A DNA stretch of 25,399 nucleotides from an uncultured bacterium (GCA_963977445.1 CAXBPH010000083.1:1-25399), one strand, 5' to 3'; counted from the stretch's first letter, positions 1 through 9,255 are shown. Numbers and translations: made by a program. Notes: generated by a model from the letters alone, not told the origin.

Positions 1-555
1 CGTTCTCTGTGGTTAAGTAAATAAAAACCGAGCAACCACGATTCACCCCGCCGCTTCCAACAACCAGCCCAACGAATATAAGTGCCCCCCGCTATCCGTG
101 TCATCCGTACTATCCGTGGTCAAATAAATCCCACAGTCCCCGACACTGTGCAACTGAACCCAACCACAAAGAACGCAAAGAACACAGAAGAATACATCCA
201 ACTGTTTTTGTGCTCTTTGTACTACTATCCGGCATTTTCTTGTTTTTTTGAACAAGAAAACACTCGCAAGGGTTTGTACTACAATGTCATTCTTAAGGTT
301 ACAGTCACAGGACAAGGCTGGAGAAAATTTCCGATTTTGACCACGGATGAGACGGATAAAACAAGACAAACTACAAATAAGATTGCCCAATTAAGAGCGC
401 GTCGGTTCGGATTGTTCGAGGGGCGATTTTCGATAGATTTCCGTCCCTAAGCATCCGATTTATCCGTGGTCAATAATATTCGTGTAAATTAGTGTTCATT
501 CGTGGTTCAAAATATTCGGTTGCGGCCAACGGCTGCTCTGTGCACTTTGTGGCTA
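1..555. repeat. Cluster of short REP-like palindromic repeats (CCACGGAT/ATCCGTGG and CACAAAG/CTTTGTG type)
   Basis: ATCCGTGGTCAA at 112-123 and 462-473, with its reverse complement TTGACCACGGAT at 337-348. Tandem ATCCGT units at 94-120. ACCACAAAGAACGCAAAGAACACAG near 163-187 against CTCTGTGCACTTTGTGG near 536-552. No credible ORF. Confidence 0.6.
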
Positions 556-598
556 AGAATTTTGTCTTCCTGAACACACGAAATGGGCCCCCTGACGC

Positions 599-2380
599 CT
601 AGGCGAGGCACACCAGACGCTGACCGGGTTGGGGTGTGGGCGGTTTTTCCGACGTGATGACCACCAATTGCTTTTCTTCGTTGATGATGAAGAGTGGAAT
701 GGCGTCGGGATTCTGCTCCTGATAGTCCGTAAACTTGAAGGTATCGGTCAGGGGAGTCACTTTTATCTTCGCACCACCCCAGATACGCTCGGACAGGATG
801 CGAAAAGACAGGTGGTCATCGAACAGAATTCGCCCCCGCAAGTGACGGGGCAGTTCCGCTTCATCCTGCCCTTTGGAAGGCTTGTTTTCGATAGCCATCT
901 GGTAGGTTTCGTTGCGACCGAAGACTTCCGCAAAATGGAGGGTCGCCAGCGCATTGACCGTGTAGTTTCCCGTCAGGGCGAGAACACGGCCCATACGGTC
1001 CAGGGGCAAATCATCCAGAAGGCGCTCCGACAGCGCATCACCAAAGTGAGCGGGGATCCCCTCTTGACGTGCAATGGTCACATTTCGCCAGTTGCTGTCC
1101 ACCAGGAGCACATCGAAGCCTTCCTTTTTGAGCACCTGTGCCAATTGTCGGGCGGGGGCGTGGGCCCCGATAATGACCGAACCCTGGGGGTCGGAGATGG
1201 ACAGACCAAGTCGTTTGGCCAGAGGCCCGGCGGTAAGGCCGTAGATCAGCACCGTAATACCGATTACCAGGAAGGTTGCGGGCACCATACGCTCGGCCCC
1301 GACATGGCCCGTGTTTGCAAGAGAGAGGGCGAAGACCGACGTAACGGCAGCCGCCACGATACCACGGGGAGCCATCCAGCAAAGAAAGATACGCTCCGCG
1401 CGGGTGAGCGTGGTACCGACCGTACAGAAATACATGGAGAGGGGCCGGGCCACAAAAATCAGGACCAACGCAAAGGCCACACCACCCCAGCCGAGATCTT
1501 TCAGCATAAGCAGATCGAGGCGGGCGGCCAGTAGCACAAACAAGACCGCGAGCAGGAGGACCCGAAGGTTTTCTTTAAACTCCACAAGCTGACGGATCGA
1601 TACTTTGTTCTGATTTGCGAGCCAGACGCCCATAATCGTCACGGTAAGCAGGCCAGATTCGTGCATGAGAGTGTTGGACAGGGCAAAGGCGCCGAGCACC
1701 ATAGCAAGGGAGACGGCGACCTGGAGCATTTCAGGAACCCAGTAGCGCCGAATCATGAAAACCAGGGCATTGGCCCCGAAAATACCCAATCCAAGTCCGA
1801 TAGCCAGCGTTTTTACAATTCCGAGGGTGATCCCCGAGGCGGCATGCCCCGAACCGGCGTCGATAGCCTCATAAACCAACACGGCGAGACTCGCGCCAAC
1901 CGGGTCAATCATGATGCCTTCCCACTTGAGAAGGGGGCCAACCTTACCAGTAGGCCGAATGTGACGAAGTAACGGGCCAATAACGGTGGGGCCTGTAACG
2001 ACCAGGATAGCACCGAGGAGTAAGGAAACGGACCACGAAATATCCAGGAGATAATGGGCGGCGGCAGCGGTAATAACCCAGGTAACCGCCACACCCACCG
2101 TCACCAATCGCCAGAATACGCTACTTACCCCTTTCAGTTCGCTGAATCGAAGGGTTAACCCCCCTTCAAATAGTATCAACGCCACACATACCGAAACCAA
2201 GGGCAGCAATAGGTCGCCGAATAGTTCGTCGGGGTGTACCCAGCCCATGATGGGTCCGGCAATGAGGCCAGACGCCAAAAGGAACAAGATAGACGGCACT
2301 TTGATGCGCCAACCTATCCACTGCGCCGCGATACCCAATACGACCAGAAGTGCAAGCTGAATTAGCTGAGTGTCTTCCAT
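599..2380 (-). CDS. NhaP-type (CPA1) Na+(K+)/H+ antiporter with C-terminal RCK/TrkA-N-like domain
   Basis: 593 aa with about 12 hydrophobic segments. CPA1 motifs LFEGG, VVTGPTVI, EGIMIDP and APRGIVAA. C-terminal Rossmann-like segment IIGA...VLLVDSN...AHFGDA. Confidence 0.92.
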   Translation of the reverse strand: MEDTQLIQLALLVVLGIAAQWIGWRIKVPSILFLLASGLIAGPIMGWVHPDELFGDLLLPLVSVCVALILFEGGLTLRFSELKGVSSVFWRLVTVGVAVTWVITAAAAHYLLDISWSVSLLLGAILVVTGPTVIGPLLRHIRPTGKVGPLLKWEGIMIDPVGASLAVLVYEAIDAGSGHAASGITLGIVKTLAIGLGLGIFGANALVFMIRRYWVPEMLQVAVSLAMVLGAFALSNTLMHESGLLTVTIMGVWLANQNKVSIRQLVEFKENLRVLLLAVLFVLLAARLDLLMLKDLGWGGVAFALVLIFVARPLSMYFCTVGTTLTRAERIFLCWMAPRGIVAAAVTSVFALSLANTGHVGAERMVPATFLVIGITVLIYGLTAGPLAKRLGLSISDPQGSVIIGAHAPARQLAQVLKKEGFDVLLVDSNWRNVTIARQEGIPAHFGDALSERLLDDLPLDRMGRVLALTGNYTVNALATLHFAEVFGRNETYQMAIENKPSKGQDEAELPRHLRGRILFDDHLSFRILSERIWGGAKIKVTPLTDTFKFTDYQEQNPDAIPLFIINEEKQLVVITSEKPPTPQPGQRLVCLA

Positions 2381-2580
2381 ATATCCCGCCTGATTGTTAG
2401 CGCCCCGGGTATGTTGGAAATGCTATGGCATACGATCCCGAATGAATCGATACACATCCGCGACACTTCCACGGGACTACCTGCAAAATACCCCGCTACA
2501 AACACTGCAGCAAGCCATTTTCGAGCGATCTTCGACGCGAAGATCTGTCTGGGATTATACCTGAGTCGGGCAGTCCAACG

Positions 2581-4509
2581 TCATCTCAAACGTCTATGGG
2601 GAAATATACACAAAATCAGCGATTTAGAATACCCTCCGCAGGCTACTCGTTCGCCTTCACCTTCACCTTCGCCACCACAATTATTGAGTACCGTTACCAT
2701 ACGAATTTCTTCCACACTATTCCCAGCTTCATCGAATGCGTTATACGTAATTGTATAGGTTCCCGGTGTATCGGTCAGCACATGGCCACTAAAGTTAAGG
2801 CCAGCAACGAAACCAGAATTGTCCGACGCGGTCGCACCGGGCTCTTCATAATCTCCACTGCCGCAGTCCACCGTGTTTCCTGCTTCCGTATTGTCCGTCA
2901 ACACGATAACGGGTGCCGTCATGTCAATCGTAACGGGCACACTGATGTCACTCGATGTAAGCGTGTTGCCCGCACCGTCCACCACATCCGACGTCACATC
3001 CACGGCCACGGTGAAGGTCCCATCACCCGAAATCCCCGTGACCGTCACGACGAATTCGAGTGGTCCCCCCGTAATGGTCGCGCCCGTGTTTGCGGTACCG
3101 CTGTGGGCCACCATCAAATCGCTCACGTCGTCGAAATTAGAGACGGGTTCACTGAATACCACGTCGAACTCAATAGAGGTAGCATTGCTCGGACCTTCGG
3201 TTCTTGGCACCACGGTCAGCGCATCGGGGGCGTCCACATCCAATCCCACCAGCTTCACCAGATAGGCCGTCACACCACCGGTGCCGTTCAGCACTGCTTC
3301 GCCTTCGCCTCGTCACCACCGACGGTGGTGACCCAACCAAACGCGCCATTCGTATCGAGGTGCAACACAAGAGCGTAGCCCCCACCCACGGACGTTTCTT
3401 CTTCAATCCCCGCGCCCGGATCAAAGTCGACTTTCCCCTCGAATTCCCCCGCCAGATAAACCGCCCCGCCGTCGGACACAGCGATATCAAAAATAAAATC
3501 GTCTCCAACATCACCCAGCGCCTGCACCCAGACCAGATTGTCGTCTTCGTCCAGCTTCACCACGAAGGCATCTTCGCCACCCGCCGCGGTTGGGTTTTCT
3601 TCAACAACGCCAGGATCAAAATCGATGGTACCGCTGAAATACCCCGTAACATAGGTATTCCCACTACCATCAAATCCAACCGCATACGCCCCCGCTTCCC
3701 CGACCCCAGCCAGTGCCACCGCATAATCGAAGGCCAGCGGATTGGGTGGCAGGGGATCATTGCTCACGGAAAAGGTCGTGCTGGTCGTCACCGACGTAGT
3801 TGCATTGCCCAGGGTATCGCTCGCGGTTCCCGCACCGATAGTGATTCCCTGGGTACCCGTGCCAAGAATAGATTCCACCGTAATCGTCGGTGATGTCGTC
3901 ATTCCATCGCTAACCGATATCGTTCCCAGGGTATTGCCCGGCCGATTCAATACAATGTCCGAAGCGCTCAAATTCACGGGCGCCGCATCGCTGTAGTTCA
4001 CCAGAAAACTCACGGGCCCCGTGCTGGTGCTCGCTACCGAGGGGGCACCGATGCTCACTGTGGGCGGCGTGTTGTCGACCGCTACCGCAGCACTGGCCAC
4101 ACTCGACACCAGTGAATTGTCATCGCTATCGAGGATATCTGTCGTGGAGCTGACCGCCAGGGTAAAGGATCCGTCGCCGGTGATACCCGTCACCGTGACT
4201 TCATAAACAACCAGACCACCGGCAAAGGTCGCCCCCGTGCTGCTCGTGCCGGAGTGAGTTATCTCAAGGTCAGCAACCGTGTCAAAGCGTTCAACCCCTT
4301 CGCTGAAGGTGACTACGAAGCCTACACTGTCGTCATTGGTGGGGCCCGTCGTGGCGGGCACAATCGAAGTTGCTTCGGGGCCCGGGCCACCCACCTGGGC
4401 CTCAGCCATCCCCCCCCACCAAAGCCAGACCAACCAGTAAACGTACCGCGACGCGTACGCCGAGTTCCAAACAAAACAACGACGTAACACGACTGCGTAA
4501 TTCCGACAT
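2581..4509 (-). pseudogene. Disrupted secreted surface protein: signal peptide, Ig-like domains, partial SBBP-like beta-propeller, further Ig-like/DUF5011-like domain, GEGEGEGE linker
   Basis: Spread over three frames. ATG 4509 (GGGAG RBS) encodes a signal peptide that leaves frame at a G8 tract (4410-4417). The body lies in ORF 3288..4625 and the C-terminal part in ORF 2581..3294. Two mutually similar Ig-like repeats (GPTNDDSVGFVVTFSE / GPSNATSIEFDVVFSE), propeller repeats (YVTGYFSGTIDFDPG, YLAGEFEGKVDFDPG), and YEEPGATASDN...PGTYTITYNAFDEAGN. Confidence 0.8.
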
Positions 4510-4732
4510 GACCTGACTCCCGCACCGTGTGAGTCATTCACGACGGCCCATATCAATTCCCAAGTTGACGTTTCGCTTCGCGACAAATAGTCGACGAACA
4601 AGGGACCGCCCATACCTGAACGCACACACAGCCACTTGGCGTGGCAGTATATCGGTTAACTACTACTGTTTCAAGAGCGGAAAAAACGCGCTAATTGCAA
4701 CCCAATCGAGGTAGGTCGTCATTCCCGCCTGC

Positions 4733-4935
4733 GGGGCTGTTGATTTACTCAACGCCGCCTACCGCACGGAATGAAAGCACGTTGCCGACATCTCCGCAAA
4801 GGCGGAGATCCAGTAACGCGTACACAGACACCGTGCATACCTACTGGATTCCCGCCTGCGCGGGAATGACGTTCTGAGCGCTAAGTACAGGTTGGTAGGT
4901 TCTATTCGTACTCCGCACATTAAATCAACAGCCCC
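4733..4935. mobile_element. MITE-like element (203 bp) inserted in the loop of a REP-like palindrome
   Basis: Perfect 15-bp inverted repeats GGGGCTGTTGATTTA (4733-4747) and TAAATCAACAGCCCC (4921-4935). CTGC is duplicated on both sides (4729-4732, 4936-4939). Removing the element restores GTCATTCCCGC-CTGC-GCGGGAATGAC. Confidence 0.75.
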
Positions 4936-5015
4936 CTGCGCGGGAATGACGGTGTCGGCTCTAAATACAGGTTGGTAGGCTTTATTCGTATTCTGCACCT
5001 TAAATCAACAGCCCC
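4856..5015 (+). repeat. Two imperfect 80-bp tandem repeats (REP half-site plus element right end)
   Basis: 4856-4935 and 4936-5015 both start with CTGCGCGGGAATGAC, share TACAGGTTGGTAGG..TATTCGTA and end with TAAATCAACAGCCCC. A third degenerate half-site GCGAGGATGAC is at 5020-5030. Confidence 0.9.
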
Positions 5016-5149
5016 GTTCGCGAGGATGACGGTCTTTAGTCATACGAAGCACCATCTCGTATCTTGCGCCTGTTGAAGGTAAATCGCTAGGCTACCGCTA
5101 TTACCGCAACGTTTTTGGAATGGCTGTTTAACAAGAGAGGAACCCAACA

Positions 5150-5911
5150 ATGTTTGAATGGATTTCGAGTCCAGAAGCGTGGATCGCACTGGGGACGCTT
5201 ACGGCACTAGAGATCGTGCTGGGTATCGACAATATTATTTTCATCTCCATCCTTGTCGGACGCCTGCCCGAGGAGAAGCGCCCCCTCGCGCGAAACACGG
5301 GCCTGGGATTGGCCATGGTGATGCGTCTCCTCCTGCTGCTCTGCATCTCCTGGGTTATTGGACTGACCGTGCCCTGGTTTTCCGTTTTCGGCCACGAGAT
5401 TTCAGGCCGTGACTTCATTCTGATTGGCGGTGGACTCTTCCTCCTGGCGAAATCGACCCACGAAATCCACAACAGCCTGGAGGGACCGGAGGAACACGGG
5501 GCCGTGAAAGCGGCAATGAGTGTGGGCGCCGTGCTGGTTCAAATCGCCCTCCTCGACATGGTCTTCTCCCTGGATTCCGTCATCACGGCCGTGGGGCTGG
5601 CCGACGACATTGCCATCATGATGATTGCGGTGGTGATCTCCGTCGGAATCATGTTGTTTGCCGCCAAAGCCATCGGTGAGTTTGTGGATGCCCACCCCAC
5701 CATTAAGATCCTGGCCCTGTCTTTCCTCATGCTCGTCGGCGTCACCCTCATCGCCGAAGGCTTTGAGGTGCACGTGCCCAAGGGCTACGTCTACTTCGCC
5801 ATGGCCTTTTCCATCGTCGTAGAAATGCTCAACCTGAAAATGCGGAAGAGTCGGACAGAAAAACTCACGCTCCACAAGAAACTGCAAAAAGAGGAAGTCG
5901 CCGAAGGCTGA
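5150..5911 (+). CDS. TerC family integral membrane protein
   Basis: 253 aa. Motifs LEIVLGIDN, GRDFILIGGGLFLLAKST, DMVFSLDSVITAVG and PKGYVYFAMAFS. GAGAGG RBS upstream. Confidence 0.93.
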   Translation: MFEWISSPEAWIALGTLTALEIVLGIDNIIFISILVGRLPEEKRPLARNTGLGLAMVMRLLLLLCISWVIGLTVPWFSVFGHEISGRDFILIGGGLFLLAKSTHEIHNSLEGPEEHGAVKAAMSVGAVLVQIALLDMVFSLDSVITAVGLADDIAIMMIAVVISVGIMLFAAKAIGEFVDAHPTIKILALSFLMLVGVTLIAEGFEVHVPKGYVYFAMAFSIVVEMLNLKMRKSRTEKLTLHKKLQKEEVAEG

Positions 5912-5979
5912 ACAGGCCCCTGAATAGTTGCCGGGACCACCTTCGCAACAGGCGGCCCCGGGCGCTATTTCGAGACACG

Positions 5980-6020
5980 AAAAAGCCCCAGTCTTTCATC
6001 GCTGAAGGACTGGGGCTTTC
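5980..6020 (-). terminator. Rho-independent terminator of tRNA-Leu, possibly bidirectional with the TerC gene
   Basis: Minus strand AAAGCCCCAGTCCTTCA-GCGA-TGAAAGACTGGGGCTTTTT, starting 10 nt after the tRNA CCA end. Confidence 0.85.
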
Positions 6021-6030
6021 GATATTTATA

Positions 6031-6117
6031 TGGTGCCCGAGGCGAGAATCGAACTCGCACGCCATTGCTGGCACAAGATCCTTAATCTTGCGTGTCTGCC
6101 AATTCCACCACCCGGGC
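6031..6117 (-). tRNA. tRNA-Leu, anticodon AAG
   Basis: 87 nt: acceptor stem GCCCGGG/CTCGGGC, D-arm GTGGAATTGGCAGACAC, anticodon arm CAAGA-TTAAGGA-TCTTG, long variable arm GCCA-GCAA-TGGC, T-arm GCGAG-TTCGATT-CTCGC, discriminator A, encoded CCA. Confidence 0.95.
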
Positions 6118-6128
6118 AAGGGAGCAAC

Positions 6129-6158
6129 ATAGTACAAAAAAAACGCCCCATGGTGCAA
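6129..6158 (-). promoter_or_regulatory. Putative sigma70 promoter of tRNA-Leu
   Basis: TTGCAC-N18-TACTAT, ending 11 nt upstream of the mature tRNA 5' end. Confidence 0.6.
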
Positions 6159-6196
6159 CTTTTTACCACAAGGCGCTTAAGTAATCGTTAGTTTAC

Positions 6197-6712
6197 TCAG
6201 GCAAGACCATTGGTCACGAAATCGTTGAGACGGCCTTGAATGTAATCGGCGGTCTGGTTGATGCCCGATTCAATCTTCGGGTCGAGTGCGCTCAGTGCGC
6301 TAAGGATACCGCGTGCTTCACCGATTCCCTTATTAATTGCTCCGCCAATGAAGTCGGCAAACTGCTGCCGTCCTGCCTTATCGTCGGCCAGCTTGTTGTT
6401 CTCTGCGTACTTAGAGAAGAAATTGATGGCGAAATCGGCAATTCGGTTGGCCGTGGCCTCGGGAGACGTATCGAGGGTTTCCCCCTCCGGGATGCCCAAG
6501 GCTGCCCGAGCTTCACCCACCACAGCGCGGAGCTGTTCGTATGCCCGATCAACAACGATGTTCTGGGCCTGGCTACTCGATACCGTTCCACTGAAGGAAA
6601 CGGTGTCGGTCCGGGTCGTCTTAGAAAATGCCTGGGGCTGAGTCGTTCGGGGCTGAGTAAGCTTGCTGCTTATCGGCAGTGCCTGTTGAGTCCCACTGAT
6701 ATCTTGAACCAT
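6197..6712 (-). CDS. DUF5610-like protein
   Basis: Pattern DTSPEATANRIADFA...GGAINKGIGEARGILSAL...I..T...I...L..F recognised from memory. Start placed at ATG 6712 because GAGGTG precedes it; the ORF track starts at 6727. Confidence 0.7.
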   Translation of the reverse strand: MVQDISGTQQALPISSKLTQPRTTQPQAFSKTTRTDTVSFSGTVSSSQAQNIVVDRAYEQLRAVVGEARAALGIPEGETLDTSPEATANRIADFAINFFSKYAENNKLADDKAGRQQFADFIGGAINKGIGEARGILSALSALDPKIESGINQTADYIQGRLNDFVTNGLA

Positions 6713-6766
6713 AGTGTCACCTCGCATCAGGCTCCACCATGGAGCCCAGTATCCGTCGCTCTACTA

Positions 6767-6794
6767 TTATCGGACGGTACTTGAGGAGACTTTA
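6767..6794 (-). promoter_or_regulatory. Putative sigma28 (FliA/SigD) promoter
   Basis: TAAA-N16-TCCGATAA, with TAAAGTCT close to the extended TAAAGTTT consensus, about 55 nt upstream of the ATG at 6712. Confidence 0.6.
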
Positions 6795-6858
6795 GCCCGT
6801 TGACGAGAAATAGGCGCTCTCTTTTGGAACGGTTGGGGAAATTGACGGGGAAAAGGAC

Positions 6859-9159
6859 CTAAAATTGCCGTGCAGGACGCTGGCGGGCCGAAAAATAGGC
6901 ACCGATGAGAAAGAGCAATGCGAAGACGAGGGTCGTAACGGCACCCCAGCGAAATGTGCCCGATTGGTATCGGAAAGAGACTTCGTGCTTGCCGGTGCTC
7001 AGTTCTACGCCCCGAAGCGCACCGTCCACGGGCAATATGGGCACCGGTGTGCCGTCAACCCAGGCCCGCCATCCGGGATACCAGGCTTCTGCAACAATGA
7101 GAACCCCGGGATGTCCCATTTCCACTTCCACGTCGAGGGCGTCATTACGGGGCACGTCGGTTATCTTGATGGAATCGTCCACGGGACCGGGAAGGGGTGG
7201 TAACAAGAGATCGGGCACCACGGGCAGGGCATCGCGCACCAACCGGGTCGCCTCCAGGGCATTGCTTTCCACTTCGTGAGCGATGCGAATCCGGGGGTAG
7301 GCCCCTTGATCACGAAAGAGAATCAGGCCCGAATCGAAGACGTCCACAATGTTCAAATCGGCCCGGACAGGTGCGTAGATGCCTCGTATGTCTTCCTTCC
7401 GTAGCAAGACCATGGAGATGGCGGCCCGTCGCTGCAAGAGGGGGTCTTTGGCGAGCTGGCGCAGAAAGCGCTCGGTACGGTTCAAGGTTACGGTAGACGG
7501 GCCGTAGAGTGTAGGAATTTCATTGCCAGTGAGGGGCCATTCCCGCATCTGTGCCGTGCCGCCGACGCGGGCATCGGCCTGCTGCAAGCTCCGGATGACT
7601 TCGGTCTGGGGAAAAATATCGGCCCGAGCGGCGTGAGGCAACCAACCCAAGGTGCCCCAGGCCGTCGTAACAAGGATTAATCCAATGGTGCCCACAATCA
7701 GGATGCGCGCCTTCGGGTAGAGCAAGGTGCCGCCAAAAAGGATAGCCAGGAACGCCACAGACCCGGTGAATACCCAGAAGGTCGGCCAATGAATAGTGAC
7801 CTCCCCCGACCCATTACGGGAAAAAAGAATAAAAAACACCAACAGCGCACCCCAGAACACGGGGAGAATCAGGCCCATCCGAAGGAGAGCACGCTTGCAC
7901 TGGTCCGCATTCAAATGGAGCCAGCATTCCACCACGCCCGCTACCATCAAGCCCAGGGGAAAGGAAAGTCCCACGAGGTAGTGGACCGGACTGAGCAGTC
8001 GAAACCCGTGGAGGGTCGGAAGCAGTTCCCGGGTAAGCACCGGCACGGCCACCACCAGCAAGGATGCGAAGAGCAGACTTTCCACCCGGTGTCGAATCGG
8101 TCGGTCAATGAGCCGACGCAGTGCACCCCACAAACCAACAAATAACAGAGGCACCACACCAATAAAGACCACATGAACCAGTGGATTGTTGAGACCCGTT
8201 AGGTTCTGGTAATAGGACGGGCCGAAAATGCCAAGCAGCAAGTTACCGTCAAAGGACCAGGGGTAGGTTTGATCGATGGTATTGCCTTGCCGCAATAACT
8301 CCACGTAGGGGGCTATCTGAACGGCGGCCAGTCCAAGCGCCGCAGCGATGGCCAGCAGAAAGCCCGGGAGGGCCGCCACGATGTGCGCCCGCTTGTGGTC
8401 TCGCAGGCGCCGAAAGAACATGTACAAGACCATAACGACCAGGGAAACAACAAGAAGGTACAAACCGCCAGATATAATCATTAGTGCAGCAACCAATGCA
8501 ACACCCGGCCAGGCTCGAAATTGGCCCAGAATCAATCGATCCGTCGCGAGCACCAGCAAGGGAAGCCAGACCAGACTGTCACTCAGCGGCTCCATTCCCC
8601 AGATGAAAACGGCACCACTCCACTGAAAAATCAGGGCGACAATGAGGGCATACCACGCCGTAAATCCATAGCGTCGGGCCACATAGAATGCTACCCATCC
8701 CGCCGCCACTGCCTTGCTTACCAGTGACAACAACAAGGCAAATTCAAATGAAAACAGATAGAAAAAGCATGTAAACGGAGAAAAAACGCGATTCTCTGGA
8801 TTGGCGAGAAAGGGTAGTCCCAGCGCTGTCGCAGGATTCCATTGCAGCTCCGACAGATTGTGGCGGTTGCTGCTTATGAACTGGTAGGCCGGCCAGGAGG
8901 TACGCAGCTGCCAGCCCGACAGGCGAGACGGCACTTCCCCCTCGGCGGACAGGTGGACCTCCCAGGGGGGCAGATTCAAGAGCGCCGTACCGTCTTGGGC
9001 GACGTCACCGTTCAGCCAGGGCGCCAGATAGACACCAAGTGGCAAGAGCAGCAAAATGGCAAGACTGAGCCCGCTATCCCGCAGCTTTCGACCCCATGTA
9101 GCAATCATGGTCTCACTCCTGTCTGCCACATCTGCAATAGGCACCGGGCGCGGTGACAA
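6859..9159 (-). CDS. YfhO-family polytopic membrane protein (probable GT-C glycosyltransferase)
   Basis: 766 aa with many TM segments. N-terminal WNP...G.PF.ANP motif. C-terminal GVLIVAEAWYPGWRAWVDG...GALRGVEL..GKHEVSFRY followed by a terminal TM helix. Start codon uncertain (TTG). Confidence 0.82.
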   Translation of the reverse strand: MSPRPVPIADVADRSETMIATWGRKLRDSGLSLAILLLLPLGVYLAPWLNGDVAQDGTALLNLPPWEVHLSAEGEVPSRLSGWQLRTSWPAYQFISSNRHNLSELQWNPATALGLPFLANPENRVFSPFTCFFYLFSFEFALLLSLVSKAVAAGWVAFYVARRYGFTAWYALIVALIFQWSGAVFIWGMEPLSDSLVWLPLLVLATDRLILGQFRAWPGVALVAALMIISGGLYLLVVSLVVMVLYMFFRRLRDHKRAHIVAALPGFLLAIAAALGLAAVQIAPYVELLRQGNTIDQTYPWSFDGNLLLGIFGPSYYQNLTGLNNPLVHVVFIGVVPLLFVGLWGALRRLIDRPIRHRVESLLFASLLVVAVPVLTRELLPTLHGFRLLSPVHYLVGLSFPLGLMVAGVVECWLHLNADQCKRALLRMGLILPVFWGALLVFFILFSRNGSGEVTIHWPTFWVFTGSVAFLAILFGGTLLYPKARILIVGTIGLILVTTAWGTLGWLPHAARADIFPQTEVIRSLQQADARVGGTAQMREWPLTGNEIPTLYGPSTVTLNRTERFLRQLAKDPLLQRRAAISMVLLRKEDIRGIYAPVRADLNIVDVFDSGLILFRDQGAYPRIRIAHEVESNALEATRLVRDALPVVPDLLLPPLPGPVDDSIKITDVPRNDALDVEVEMGHPGVLIVAEAWYPGWRAWVDGTPVPILPVDGALRGVELSTGKHEVSFRYQSGTFRWGAVTTLVFALLFLIGAYFSARQRPARQF

Positions 9160-9255
9160 TCACCACGCCCGGTCCACTATACCAAATATTGACGTAACTC
9201 CGACGAAGGGGGGGCGCACTGACGGCGCCCATACACCAATTCATCGAACTGCGAT

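Noticed and set aside
4510..4625. N-terminal extension of ORF 3288..4625
   Set aside because: Not protein-like. A better RBS, ATG and signal peptide exist at 4509 in another frame.
4856..5030. Regular 80-bp repeats as a possible CRISPR array
   Set aside because: Only two units, the would-be spacers are similar to each other, and there are no cas genes. Better explained as REP half-sites plus element ends.
5031..5149. yybP-ykoY (Mn2+) riboswitch, often found upstream of TerC genes
   Set aside because: I could not find the conserved GGGGAGUA-type core in the leader. An Infernal/Rfam scan would settle it.
6031..6060. tRNA 3' end as an integration site for an island
   Set aside because: No duplicate of the tRNA 3' end and no integrase seen in the window; the native terminator follows directly.
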